DNA of 64,000 bases. Source: Thermoproteota archaeon (GTDB taxonomy: Archaea > Thermoproteota > Methanomethylicia > Methanomethylicales > Methanomethylicaceae). The position numbers and the translations under genes were made by a program. Positions 28,886 to 39,217 of the stretch are shown here, one piece after another. The stretch spans positions 64,488 to 128,487 of the forward strand of contig JARXPF010000001.1 in the NCBI GenBank assembly GCA_029887765.1, given 5' to 3'. Within the stretch, counting starts at the first letter, position 1. Each line of letters starts with the position of its first letter. Below the pieces are notes generated by a model. That model was not told the DNA's origin. It ran no database searches and saw only the letters and a list, made by a program, of their open reading frames with translations.

Positions 28886-30838
28886 TTATTTAGATAGTAA
28901 GTTTTTAAATTCATTATAAACTTTCTTTACTTCATCTATACTTGTCTCATCTTCAATTGTAGTTATATCTCCAATACTTCTATCTTCTACTATTGCACTA
29001 AGAACTCTTCTCATAATTTTTCCACTTCTAGTTTTTGGAAGTTTTTCTAAGAAGTAAATAGTGTGTGGAGTAGCTATTGAACCTATAGTCTCTCTTATGT
29101 GTTTAATAAGCTCCATTCTTAATTGAGGAGATGGTTCATGACCAGGACGAAGTACAATAAAAGCGACTGGTACTTGCATCTTTACTGGATCAGATTTTCC
29201 TACAACTGCAGCTTCAGCAACTGCCTTATGTGAAAGAAAAGCAGCTTCTAATTCTGCAGTACCTATTCTATGACCTGCTACTTTCAATACTTCATCAGCT
29301 CTACCAAGAAGCCAGAAATAGCCATCATCGTCTTTAACAGCAAAATCTCCAGTGTAATAAACCCCTGGAAAGCGCTTATAATAAGTATTTATAAATCTTT
29401 CTTCATCTCCCCATATATTAATAAGACAGCCTGGCCATGGCTTTGTTATAACTAAATATCCTTTTTCACCCGGCTTGGCTGGTTTTCCATCTTCACGAAA
29501 TACATCAGCTTCAACACCAGGTAGTGGTAATGTAGCAGATCCTGGCTTTAGTGGAACTAATGCCAATCCTGGTTGAGGTGAAATCATTATTCCACCAGTT
29601 TCTGTTTGCCACCAAGTATCAACAATTGGTGTTCTCTCTTGACCTACATATTTATAGTACCAATTCCAAACTTCAGGATTAATAGGCTCGCCCACACTTC
29701 CAAGAATTCTAAGTGATGATAAATCATGACGTTTTATCCATTCTTCACCATATTTCATATGCATTCTTATTGCTGTAGGTGAAGTGTAAAGTATTGTAAC
29801 ACCATAATCTTCAATTATTGACCACCATCTATCAGGCCTTGGATAATCTGGTGCACCTTCATAAATAATAGAAGTTAGTCCCATTAGTAGTGGACCATAA
29901 ACCACGTATGTATGTCCCGTAATCCATCCAATATCTGCAGTACACCAGAAAATATCTTTATCATTAACATCAAATACTGTTTTTAAAGTAAAGTATGCCC
30001 ATACCATATAACCACCAGTACTATGAGTAATTCCTTTTGGTTTTCCAGTAGTTCCTGATGTATAAAGTATGAAACTAGGATGAATTCCTTCAACTTTCTC
30101 AGGTTCTATATATGGAATAGTACTTGGGGCAAGTTCATAATACCAATAATCTCTATCTTCTATAATATTTACATCATTACCTGCTCTTCTTATTATTAAA
30201 ACTTTTTCAACACTTTTAGTATGATTAAGAGCATCATCTACAATACTTTTTGTATCAATTAAACGACCTCTCCTAAAAGCACCATCTGTAGTTATTACAA
30301 TCCTACTTTGACAATCATTAATTCTATCAGCTAAAGCATGAGAAGCAAATCCACTAAATACAACAGAATGAATAGCACCCAGTCTTACTGTAGCAAGCAT
30401 AGCAATAGGAAGTTCTGGAATCATTGGCATGTAAATTGTGACTCTATCTCCTTTTTTAATACCTAAATTCCTTAATACATAAGCAAATCGATTAACTTCT
30501 TTATATAAATCATAATAAGTAAGCGTTCTTCTTTCTCCACTTTCACTTTCCCAATAATATGCTACTTTATTCTTTCTCCAACTTTCTATATGTCTATCTA
30601 ATGCATTATATGAAATGTTTGTCTTCCATTGTTTAAACCAATAAGCATATGGAGGAGATTCTTTTGGTTCATAAGCAGGTCCATTTTTTTCATACCAAAA
30701 TAAATCTTCAGCTATTTTACGCCAAAAAGATTCAGGATCTTCTATACTTCTTTTATAAATTGACTTTAATATATTAACATCTGGATGAATATTTTTTGAA
30801 AGTGGGAGAGCTTTTATTTCTTCTATTATTTCTTCCAT
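28886..30838 (-). CDS. acs: Acetyl-CoA synthetase (AMP-forming)
   Basis: 650 aa. 'YTSGTTGKPKG' AMP-binding motif. Acs-typical length and C-terminal 'SGKIMRR'. Confidence 0.85.
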   Translation of the reverse strand: MEEIIEEIKALPLSKNIHPDVNILKSIYKRSIEDPESFWRKIAEDLFWYEKNGPAYEPKESPPYAYWFKQWKTNISYNALDRHIESWRKNKVAYYWESESGERRTLTYYDLYKEVNRFAYVLRNLGIKKGDRVTIYMPMIPELPIAMLATVRLGAIHSVVFSGFASHALADRINDCQSRIVITTDGAFRRGRLIDTKSIVDDALNHTKSVEKVLIIRRAGNDVNIIEDRDYWYYELAPSTIPYIEPEKVEGIHPSFILYTSGTTGKPKGITHSTGGYMVWAYFTLKTVFDVNDKDIFWCTADIGWITGHTYVVYGPLLMGLTSIIYEGAPDYPRPDRWWSIIEDYGVTILYTSPTAIRMHMKYGEEWIKRHDLSSLRILGSVGEPINPEVWNWYYKYVGQERTPIVDTWWQTETGGIMISPQPGLALVPLKPGSATLPLPGVEADVFREDGKPAKPGEKGYLVITKPWPGCLINIWGDEERFINTYYKRFPGVYYTGDFAVKDDDGYFWLLGRADEVLKVAGHRIGTAELEAAFLSHKAVAEAAVVGKSDPVKMQVPVAFIVLRPGHEPSPQLRMELIKHIRETIGSIATPHTIYFLEKLPKTRSGKIMRRVLSAIVEDRSIGDITTIEDETSIDEVKKVYNEFKNLLSK

Positions 30839-30970
30839 AATAGCCCACCTTTTACAATATTATAATATTATTTTTACATTATTCTTAAATATATTATATT
30901 TTTGGCAAATAGTATATTTCATAAAGAAAAATGAAAGTAAATAACTAGTATTTAAATTTTTTTTATAACT

Positions 30971-30988
30971 ATAATTATTAATAATTAT
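30971..30988. promoter_or_regulatory. Perfect 18-bp palindrome ATAATTATT|AATAATTAT in divergent intergenic region
   Basis: Read directly between acs (minus, start 30838) and the coiled-coil gene (plus, start 31034). The AT-rich context lowers its significance. Confidence 0.3.
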
Positions 30989-31033
30989 AAAAATATAAAT
31001 TATAGATGAAGTATTTACTCTTGGGATGGAACA

Positions 31034-32635
31034 TTGCGAAAAATATGTTTTTCATTTCTTAAAGAAAAAAATGGAAAATTGTTTCCTCTTCCAGATGTTG
31101 CAGAAGATGTAATATCACTTATGAAAGCTTTTAACATACTTGATAATAAATTTAAAACAATTATTGGATTTTTAAATGATGATAGTATTGAAAAAATAGA
31201 ATTGTTTTACAAAATTTACTATCCAGTTTATATAGTAAAAATGGAAAATATGATTTTGTGTATTGATGCTTTAGATTTACAGAAAACAAAGATTATTAAT
31301 TTTCTTGATTCAAATGGACATAATCAAAAGATATATGAATTTGCACTTTTGAGAGTAAAGGACTTGCTAGATTGGGAGTGTGCAACTTTTGAAGGAGAAA
31401 TAGATGATGGATTTGCTATTCCATATTTATTAAAAAAAGAAGATGCTATTTTGATTGCAAAAGAAGTTATTATAATTTATAAATCTTTAAAAGAAAAAAT
31501 AGAAAATTTGAAGAAAGAGAAAATAAAAGAAGAAGAAGAATTTCAAAAAAATATTCAAGCTATAGAAGAAGAAAGAAAGAAAATAGAAAAGGAATTTGAA
31601 GAAGAAATATGTGAAAAAAGAAAAAAAGTTGAAAAACTTCTTAGTACTTATGAAAAAGAAGCTATTAAAAAAATTCATGAAAATTATAGAAAACAAAAAC
31701 AATTACTTGAAAGTAAGAAAAGAGAATTCAAAGAATTACTTGATTGTTTACAGAAAGAATTGATAAAAACAGATGAAGAAATTTTGGAATTGAAGAGAAG
31801 CTTAAATGATATAAAGAGAAAACTTTTCGATTTAAATAAAAAAAGAGAAGAAATAATAACTAAAGAAAAATCTGAAAATAAATTTAATGAAATAAAAAAA
31901 GTTTTAGAAGTTTTGGAAAAAAGCAATGTTTCTATAAATGAGTTAAGGGCTTTGGAGGAGGAAAAATTAAGGAAATTAGATAATTTGGAAAAAATGCAAG
32001 ATAGAGTAAAAAGTAAAATTGAAGAAATTAAAGAAATTATTTCTAGATTAATAAACAATATTAATGATATACCTATAAGAGAAGAATTAGAATGTAGAAA
32101 AGCAAAAGAAGAATTTCTAAAAAATAGAATAAATTTAATTAATGAATTAAATTTATTATTAGAAGAAAGAAATAAAAAATTATATGAATATTATATAAAA
32201 GAAGAAATTTTAAAATTTGAGTTTAACTTAATTAAAAATAAAATTAATGAAAGTTTACAACTATTAGAAGATAATAAGAAAAAATTAGAAAAATACATAT
32301 TGATAACAAATAATGAAATAGAAGATAATATAGAATTATTATATGTACCTTTCTATTTAATATTCAAAGAAAATGATGTAAAAATAATTGAACCAATTAT
32401 AATATTGAAAAATAGAGGGAAATCAGAACATATAAAATTAGGATTAGATTCAGAAATTGTAAAATTTGCTTTAATAAAACATCTTCCCTTACTTATTTTT
32501 GAAGCAAAGGATGTATTTAATATATTGAATAAAAGAAATAAAGATAGAATATTGCAAGGAATTTCCATATTGAAAAATAAAAAAGCAATTAATAAGCTTC
32601 AGGAGGATATACTATTAAGACGAATTGAGGTGTAA
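31034..32635 (+). CDS. Long Lys/Glu-rich coiled-coil protein with globular N- and C-terminal domains; function unknown
   Basis: 533 aa. About 300 aa of heptad-like K/E-rich sequence between non-repetitive terminal domains. Stop is 2 nt before the GTG start of the GT4 gene. Confidence 0.5.
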   Translation: MRKICFSFLKEKNGKLFPLPDVAEDVISLMKAFNILDNKFKTIIGFLNDDSIEKIELFYKIYYPVYIVKMENMILCIDALDLQKTKIINFLDSNGHNQKIYEFALLRVKDLLDWECATFEGEIDDGFAIPYLLKKEDAILIAKEVIIIYKSLKEKIENLKKEKIKEEEEFQKNIQAIEEERKKIEKEFEEEICEKRKKVEKLLSTYEKEAIKKIHENYRKQKQLLESKKREFKELLDCLQKELIKTDEEILELKRSLNDIKRKLFDLNKKREEIITKEKSENKFNEIKKVLEVLEKSNVSINELRALEEEKLRKLDNLEKMQDRVKSKIEEIKEIISRLINNINDIPIREELECRKAKEEFLKNRINLINELNLLLEERNKKLYEYYIKEEILKFEFNLIKNKINESLQLLEDNKKKLEKYILITNNEIEDNIELLYVPFYLIFKENDVKIIEPIIILKNRGKSEHIKLGLDSEIVKFALIKHLPLLIFEAKDVFNILNKRNKDRILQGISILKNKKAINKLQEDILLRRIEV

Positions 32636-32637
32636 AT

Positions 32638-33927
32638 GTGAAGATACTTTATGTAAGTCAGTCTTTTTTCCCAAGTACAGGAGGAGTATCTTATTACTTA
32701 ATATGGCTTGCAAGAAAATTAAGGGAAATGAATCATGAAATTCTTTTCATAAATTTAGGATTCCCAAATTCATTAGAAATAGAAGAAATAGAAGGTTTCA
32801 AAGTTTATAGAGTATGGGGATATGAAAAAATTTCAAAAGAGATTTTAGATGAATATAGTAAGTTTAAGGAGCTTATTTTAAAAGTATTTCATGATAGAGA
32901 TGTTCCAATTAATCGACTGTATAATAAGCATTTATATGGCTACAATGGTTATATAGCAGTAAATAGACTATTTGAAAAATTAATAAGAAAAGTAATAGCA
33001 GAAGAAAAACCAGATATTCTTCATATACATGATTTTCAATTATTACCATTAGGAGAAATACTTTATGATATTAATTTACCAAAACTTTTTACTTGGCATA
33101 TTCCATTTACAGAAAAAGCAGATTTAGCTTGGAAGAATTTTATAATAAGTTATTTGAGAAAGTATGATTACTGTATTTTTTCAACAAAACCTTATATTTG
33201 CGCTGCATTAAGAGGAGGACTTGAATGGAACAAAGTTGTATACATTCCTCCATTTATAGAAGTCGAGGATTCAAATTTTGATTTTAGAAAAGCTTATGGT
33301 GTAAATGAAGATGAAAAATTAATTTTATGTGTTGCAAGAATTGATAAATTAAAAGGACAAGATATACTAATAGATGCTGCATCTAAATTAAAAATAAAAT
33401 TTAAAACAGTATTTATAGGAAATGGTTCTCTTAGTAAAGAAGTATTAAAAATAAAAGAAAAAGAAGAATATTTAAAAGAATTACAAAGAATTGTATCATT
33501 AAGAAAGATTAAAGATAAAGTGATTTTTACAGGTAATGTATCAAGAGAAGTTTTAATGGCTGCTTATAAAACATGTGATGTAGTAGTTTTACCATCAATT
33601 CAAGAAGGATTTGGACTTGCCATAACTGAAGGCATGGCTTTTGGAAAGCCAGTAATAGGAAGTTGTGTTGGAGGAATACCTGCTCAAATATGGCCAGGAA
33701 TAAATGGATTTCTAGTACCACCTGGAGATTCAAAAGCATTAGCCAATTGTTTAGAATATATTTTAATGAATGATGATATTGCTAAGAAAATGGGTAAGGA
33801 AAGTAGAAAAATATTTGAAAGATTCTTTTCTTCAGAAAGAGGAGCAAGGGATCATATTATGTTATATGAAAAAGTGCTTGAAGGAGAAAGAAACCATGAA
33901 TATAGATATTGTAGTAATGGACTATGA
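32638..33927 (+). CDS. Family 4 glycosyltransferase (GT4, GT-B fold)
   Basis: 429 aa. 'EGFGLAITEGMAFGKPVIGS' EX7E-type GT4 motif. GTG start. Confidence 0.7.
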   Translation: MKILYVSQSFFPSTGGVSYYLIWLARKLREMNHEILFINLGFPNSLEIEEIEGFKVYRVWGYEKISKEILDEYSKFKELILKVFHDRDVPINRLYNKHLYGYNGYIAVNRLFEKLIRKVIAEEKPDILHIHDFQLLPLGEILYDINLPKLFTWHIPFTEKADLAWKNFIISYLRKYDYCIFSTKPYICAALRGGLEWNKVVYIPPFIEVEDSNFDFRKAYGVNEDEKLILCVARIDKLKGQDILIDAASKLKIKFKTVFIGNGSLSKEVLKIKEKEEYLKELQRIVSLRKIKDKVIFTGNVSREVLMAAYKTCDVVVLPSIQEGFGLAITEGMAFGKPVIGSCVGGIPAQIWPGINGFLVPPGDSKALANCLEYILMNDDIAKKMGKESRKIFERFFSSERGARDHIMLYEKVLEGERNHEYRYCSNGL

Positions 33928-34558
33928 TAGAACAATTGCTGATGAAGAAAGTTTAATGATAAATGAAGAATTAAAAAGTTTTTTAAAGATAATTCCACAA
34001 AAGAAAATCTTAGCAACTGGAAGAACTTTGAATAATATACCAGATAAAAGTGTTTTTAAAATATTTGATGCTATTGTTGCTGAAAATGGAACTGTAGTTG
34101 TTATTAATGGAGTTAAGGAAATACTTCCAAATAAAAATTGGAATATATTAAAAGAATTGATTATAAAAGCTTCAGAAAAAAGAAATTTAAAATTATTATA
34201 TGGTGAAGTAATTATTTTTGGTAGAATAGAGGATTATGAAAAAACTTTAGATTTATTAGAAAAAGAAGGAATGTTGAAAGAAATTTTTATTGATTTTAAT
34301 AAAAATAACTTTATGATCTTACCTAAATACTGGAATAAAGGAAAAGGAGTAAAAATAGTAATTGAAAAAATAGGAGGAGGTAAAGTAATGGCAATAGGAG
34401 ATGAATTAAATGATTTATCACTTTTTGAAATTGCTGATATTAAAGTAGCAGTAAGTAATGCAATTCCTGAAGTTAAAAGTAAAGCAGATATAATATGTGA
34501 AGAAAAGAATGGAAAAGGAGTATTACAAATTTTAAAAAAATATTTGAGGTGTAAATAA
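33896..34558 (+). CDS. HAD-superfamily phosphatase (Cof / sugar-phosphatase-like)
   Basis: ORF track frame 33770..34558. The ATG at 33896, preceded by 'aaggagaaag', gives 'MNIDIVVMDYDRTI' (HAD motif I DxD). 'GDELNDLS' is motif IV. Stop overlaps the HMGR start (TAATG). Confidence 0.6.
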   Translation: MNIDIVVMDYDRTIADEESLMINEELKSFLKIIPQKKILATGRTLNNIPDKSVFKIFDAIVAENGTVVVINGVKEILPNKNWNILKELIIKASEKRNLKLLYGEVIIFGRIEDYEKTLDLLEKEGMLKEIFIDFNKNNFMILPKYWNKGKGVKIVIEKIGGGKVMAIGDELNDLSLFEIADIKVAVSNAIPEVKSKADIICEEKNGKGVLQILKKYLRCK

Positions 34559-35817
34559 TGAAAACATCAAGATTACCTGGATTTTATAAAATGAATATAG
34601 AGGAAAGAAGAAGAATTTTAAAAGAGTTTGCTAATTTAACAGATGAAGAAATAAAGCTACTAGATAATGGACTTGAAATATCATTAGCTGATAAAATGGT
34701 GGAAAATGTTGTAGGAACAATTCAAATACCTTTAGGAATAGCAGTTAATTTTAGAATTAATGGAAAAGATTATTTAATACCAATGGCAACTGAAGAGCCT
34801 TCAGTTATTGCTGCAGCAAGTCATGCTGCAAAATTAGCACTTCCTGATGGATTCATAGCAGAAAGTACAGATTCTATAATGAGAGGACAAATTCAAGTAT
34901 TAAATGTTTCAAATCCAGAAAAAGCGATTAATGAACTTTTAAAATATAAATTTGAATTAATAGATAGAGCAAATTCATTTGTTAAGAGTTTAGTTACAGT
35001 AGGAGGAGGAGTTAGAGATTTAAATGCTAGAATTGTAGGTCCAAAAGAAGATGAAATGTTAATAGTGGAATTTTTTGTTGATTGTAAAGATGCTATGGGA
35101 GCGAATACAGTCAATACTATAGTTGAAAAAATGGCACCATATATTGAATCAATAACTGAAGGAAAAGTACTTTTAAGAATTTTATCAAACTTAGCCACTG
35201 AAAGAATAGCTAGAGCAAAAGTAGTATACAAAAGAAGTGTAATTGGAGAAGATGTTGTAGAAAATATAATAAAAGCATATAAACTTGCATATTATGATGT
35301 TTATAGAGCTACTACACATAATAAGGGAATTATGAATGGAATTATAGCTGTAGCTTTAGCAACTGCAAATGATACAAGAGCTATAGAAGCAGGAGCTCAT
35401 GCTTATGCTTCTTTATCAGGGAGATATCTTCCACTATCAAAATGGTATAAAAATAAAGAAGGGGATCTTGTAGGAGAACTTGAATTACCTTTAGCAGTTG
35501 GTACTGTGGGTGGTGCTATTGGAGCAAATCCTATTGCTAAACTATGCTTAAAGATTTTAGGCATTAAGACTTCTAAGGAATTGGCTGAAGTAATGTGCTC
35601 TGTTGGATTGGCTCAAAATTTTGCTGCACTAAGAGCTTTAGTTACTGAAGGTATACAAAGGGGACATATGGAGCTCCATGCAAGAAATATAGCCATTATG
35701 GCAGGAGCAAAAGGAGATTTAATAGATAAAATTGCAGAAATATTAGTAAAGGAAGATAAGATAACCATAGAAAGAGCAAAGGAAATTTTAGAATCAATTA
35801 AAAATAATTCTCAATAA
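34558..35817 (+). CDS. hmgA: Hydroxymethylglutaryl-CoA reductase (NADPH)
   Basis: 419 aa. 'IPLGIAVNFRINGKDYLIPMATEEPSVIAAASHAAK' and 'DAMGANTVNT' match class I archaeal HMGR. Confidence 0.85.
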   Translation: MKTSRLPGFYKMNIEERRRILKEFANLTDEEIKLLDNGLEISLADKMVENVVGTIQIPLGIAVNFRINGKDYLIPMATEEPSVIAAASHAAKLALPDGFIAESTDSIMRGQIQVLNVSNPEKAINELLKYKFELIDRANSFVKSLVTVGGGVRDLNARIVGPKEDEMLIVEFFVDCKDAMGANTVNTIVEKMAPYIESITEGKVLLRILSNLATERIARAKVVYKRSVIGEDVVENIIKAYKLAYYDVYRATTHNKGIMNGIIAVALATANDTRAIEAGAHAYASLSGRYLPLSKWYKNKEGDLVGELELPLAVGTVGGAIGANPIAKLCLKILGIKTSKELAEVMCSVGLAQNFAALRALVTEGIQRGHMELHARNIAIMAGAKGDLIDKIAEILVKEDKITIERAKEILESIKNNSQ

Positions 35818-36030
35818 ATATTAGTTATGATTTTTTAATAATTTCAATGATTTGATTATTTCCTTCATAGTTTTCTCCTATAATAATATATCATTATGTA
35901 CTTTTCTGAAGTTTATAATCTAGGTCTAAGGCTAATATCAAATAATATCAATAATCATTAAGAAAATTCCTTAAAATTATTTTGATTTAATATCTCTACC
36001 ATAGATTTTTATATCTATAGTTTATAGATA

Positions 36031-36270
36031 ATGATTGTGGAAAAAAAGAAATATCTAATGCCCATACCTGCTGGAACGCCTTATTCTATAATATCTGAAG
36101 CTGTAAATAAGTTTGGAGTAGAACTTACTGAAGTACCAATAAAAGAAGCTATGATAGATGATGGAAATCCTCCAATGATGTGGGTATTGAAAGGAGATTA
36201 TGAAAATCTTGTAAAAGCTAAGGAATTTATAATAGAAAAATTAAAGGAAGTTTTAAAGAAGTTTGAATAA
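36031..36270 (+). CDS. Small hypothetical protein (79 aa)
   Basis: ORF only. Non-repetitive composition. No recognisable motif. Confidence 0.3.
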   Translation: MIVEKKKYLMPIPAGTPYSIISEAVNKFGVELTEVPIKEAMIDDGNPPMMWVLKGDYENLVKAKEFIIEKLKEVLKKFE

Positions 36271-36272
36271 TA

Positions 36273-36710
36273 TTAATGTAATGAGGATAAAAATTTCTTA
36301 ATTTTATTTACCATAATTTTTGCTTCTTCTTCTGTAGATGGATAAGGTACAACAATATAAGGAATGCCTCTCTGTTTTACTAAATATATTAAAAATTCAT
36401 TAGCTCTTGCACAACTTGTACATCCAAAACCAATCTCTGGATCATCAATTATTATTGCTGCATCTGCTTCTTCAATTATTGGACCAATTAATGCCAGTCT
36501 ACCTCTAACACCAGAAGGAACTTCTATGGCTACATACTTTAATCCTCTTCTAGGAAATTCAGGAGTTATGTTCATTGGAGGAGAGTCTATTTCTGGTTTA
36601 TTCACATTTTTTGAAACTTCTTCTCCTAATCCTAATGGAGTATGCCCAAATCTTTTAACTAAATCAAATAAAATAATACTATTTGGAGGAAATATGAATA
36701 CTTTAGCCAC
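36273..36710 (-). CDS. Small Mcr-cluster protein, family not assignable by eye (methanogenesis-marker-type?)
   Basis: 145 aa. Start overlaps the mcrC stop by 8 nt (coupled). The antisense ORF 36364..36714 is S-rich and low-complexity and was rejected. Confidence 0.4.
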   Translation of the reverse strand: MAKVFIFPPNSIILFDLVKRFGHTPLGLGEEVSKNVNKPEIDSPPMNITPEFPRRGLKYVAIEVPSGVRGRLALIGPIIEEADAAIIIDDPEIGFGCTSCARANEFLIYLVKQRGIPYIVVPYPSTEEEAKIMVNKIKKFLSSLH

Positions 36711-37350
36711 TTAATTTCACAACTCCTTCTTCTATTTTATTTAACCAAAATCTTACTTTTAATATTATTTCATTTAATTTATCTCTTTGAATACTCACTC
36801 CTCTAACTACACCAGTAACAATATCCACAATTATTCCAAGACATTCTACTTTATCAGGAGGTGGACGAACTATCCTTGTAATTATACCAACTTTTGCAAA
36901 ATCTTCATAATCCACAGGTGCTTCACAAACAATAATAACAGGAATATCAATATATCTTAAAAAAGTTCTTGCTTTATATACAACATGACCTAATATACCA
37001 CCTAAATGAAGAATTGCAAGTTTGAATCTTTTTATTTGAAGAATTTCTTTTTCATTTATTCCTGCCATTGTTCCTCCTGGTGCTCCACCATATGGTGAAT
37101 CAGGAGGTACGCCTGATCCTGATTCTAATACTAATACACTAGTCCTTATGCCTTGTTCTCTAAGTCCATAAGTTATTTCACATATTGGTTTTGTAATATG
37201 CCTCTTAGAAGGAGACATAGCTATTGCAATAACATCGAATCGCTCAGATTCTGATATAGTTCCTCTTTGAGCTAAACCTCCACCTATACCAACTCCTTGT
37301 GCTTCTCTACAATCTACTATTTGCGAACTTCTTCCAATGATTCTTTCCAA
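36703..37350 (-). CDS. mcrC: Methyl-coenzyme M reductase operon protein C (McrC)
   Basis: 215 aa. '[20 protein letters not shown]...[28 protein letters not shown]' matches the McrC N-terminal signature as recalled ('[20 protein letters not shown]...RHITKPVCEIT'). Confidence 0.7.
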   Translation of the reverse strand: [215 protein letters not shown]

Positions 37351-37670
37351 TAAACTGCACCCCTAATATAGTCTGAAACTGTGGGCCTTGGTTTTGTAAA
37401 CTTTCCTATTCTAATATCAAAGCCATATGGCATCATTTGTTCACAAATTGGAGTTATTTTTTCTATAACTTCCTCAGGGGTTACTCTATTAATTAGTAGA
37501 ATAAATCTTCCTACCAAATATCGCCCATCATAATATTTATGTTTATATAATAATACTTCGTTTATTAGACCTGTAGATTTAATTAAATTAACAAATTCCT
37601 CAGCTTTATCCATAGACATTAAACGTCTTGGCATTATTTCTATTTCTTGTTCACTCAATATAAGCACCAT
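37317..37670 (-). CDS. McrD-like small protein
   Basis: 117 aa immediately upstream of and overlapping mcrC. 'IEIMPRRLM' resembles the McrD N-terminal 'IEIFPHR.L'. Weak. Confidence 0.35.
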   Translation of the reverse strand: MVLILSEQEIEIMPRRLMSMDKAEEFVNLIKSTGLINEVLLYKHKYYDGRYLVGRFILLINRVTPEEVIEKITPICEQMMPYGFDIRIGKFTKPRPTVSDYIRGAVYWKESLEEVRK

Positions 37671-37702
37671 TTATAAATTAGATAATTCTGATAAATAATT
37701 GT

Positions 37703-39217
37703 TTGGTGTATTCTATGAAAATAATAATTGATGGAAAGGAAGTTAATGTTCAAGAAGGTGTTACTATTAGAGATTTTTTACCTGAAAAGAAAAATGAATT
37801 CATTATAGCAGTTAAAAAAATAATTGATGTAAAAAGTGTTATTACAAATCTTTATGAAGTTATAACAACAAAAGGTAAAATGATAATAAAGTGGGAATGT
37901 GAAAAAGCATTAGATAAATGGAGACAAATTTATAAAAACTTTGAAGGATGTAAAGTAAGATGGGCAACAAATGAAGCCATAGCTTTTGGTCCTACAATTA
38001 CAAATTTTAAACCATCAATTAAAGAGGTTGAACTTAAGAAAAATGAAGTTACAATAAGTCTTTCTGGAATGAGTTCTGAAGAATCTCATTTAATATTTAG
38101 TAAAAAATTACATACTGGACTATATTTTCCCCCAAATGATGGAGATGTTATGGGAAGAGTTGTCTATGGAAAACATTTACTTGATTTTTTAAAAATAGGA
38201 GATATGATAAAGAAGATTTCTCCAATAATAGAGAAAAGAGGAGGATTTCAATTAATAAGAGCTAATTTGGATTATATACCAAATGATGGAGATGAAATTA
38301 TAACTAAGATGGAAATTAATTTAGATTATGAATCTCCTAAAAATGGAGAACATTTATACAATATGTTAGAAAATGGGTTTTTTGTTTCAAGAAAAACAAG
38401 TAGGTTCATAGCATATGATAAACAAGTAGTATCATTAGAAAGTGAAAAAATTGGAGTAAGAGAAAGAGGAATAGTTTCTATTAGAAATAATGGGAATAAA
38501 GCAGGTTCAATTTACATTTATATTAATAATGCCCCTATATCTATGAATCATACAATAGTAGGAAAAGTTGTAAGAGGATTAGAAATTGCTGATGTAGCTT
38601 TAGAAGGAGATAAAATAGATTTAGTAATAAATCCAATTAGAATAGAATTATTAGGAAGGACTCAAAAAGAAGCTTCATTAATTTTAGAAAAATTGGGAAT
38701 AAAACATATTAGAGATGGAGATGAAAGAGATGATGCAATAATAGTTGATCATTCACCATCAACAACTTTAGAAATTTTTAAGAAAAAAGAAGTAATTTGT
38801 AAAGGTGTACCCAAAGAAAGAATTTTGAAAATAAAATTATATAGAAATTTAGCACCATCAACTATTGATTATTTTGAGAAAGTTTCTAATATAAATATTA
38901 GAAAAATAGGAAAATTGAAAGTATTTTTTACAACAAAAGACGTAGTACTGTTTAAAGGAAATTTAGAATTAGGAAAGATATTATTACCTGAAAATATTCC
39001 AAAAGACTTTGTTTCTCCTGGAATTATAGGAGTGACTAATTCTGTGAAAAAATATTCAGGTATTATTGGAATAAGAATTTCTAAAAGTGATAGATTTGGT
39101 CCAACAGCTGAGGGATTTGAAGGTAGTAATATAATAGGTGAAGTAATAGAAGGATTAGAAAATTTGAAAAATGTTAAGGAAAATGATGAAGTTTATATTA
39201 TGGAGGTAGATAAATGA
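37703..39217 (+). CDS. UPF0288 / methanogenesis marker protein 3-like
   Basis: 504 aa, matching the family's about 500-aa size. Position in a cluster with the McrC paralog and the A2 paralog. Confidence 0.4.
   Translation: MVYSMKIIIDGKEVNVQEGVTIRDFLPEKKNEFIIAVKKIIDVKSVITNLYEVITTKGKMIIKWECEKALDKWRQIYKNFEGCKVRWATNEAIAFGPTITNFKPSIKEVELKKNEVTISLSGMSSEESHLIFSKKLHTGLYFPPNDGDVMGRVVYGKHLLDFLKIGDMIKKISPIIEKRGGFQLIRANLDYIPNDGDEIITKMEINLDYESPKNGEHLYNMLENGFFVSRKTSRFIAYDKQVVSLESEKIGVRERGIVSIRNNGNKAGSIYIYINNAPISMNHTIVGKVVRGLEIADVALEGDKIDLVINPIRIELLGRTQKEASLILEKLGIKHIRDGDERDDAIIVDHSPSTTLEIFKKKEVICKGVPKERILKIKLYRNLAPSTIDYFEKVSNINIRKIGKLKVFFTTKDVVLFKGNLELGKILLPENIPKDFVSPGIIGVTNSVKKYSGIIGIRISKSDRFGPTAEGFEGSNIIGEVIEGLENLKNVKENDEVYIMEVDK

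Noticed and set aside
33770-33895. N-terminal 42 codons of the ORF-track HAD gene (start 33770)
   Set aside because: This portion overlaps the GT4 gene's C-terminal coding region. An ATG with RBS at 33896 begins exactly at HAD motif I, so the shorter gene was preferred.
36364-36714. 116-aa plus-strand ORF overlapping the 145-aa minus-strand ORF downstream of mcrC
   Set aside because: The plus-strand translation is Ser/Gly/Pro-rich and low-complexity. The minus-strand ORF is coupled to mcrC (8-nt overlap) and looks protein-like. The minus ORF was kept.
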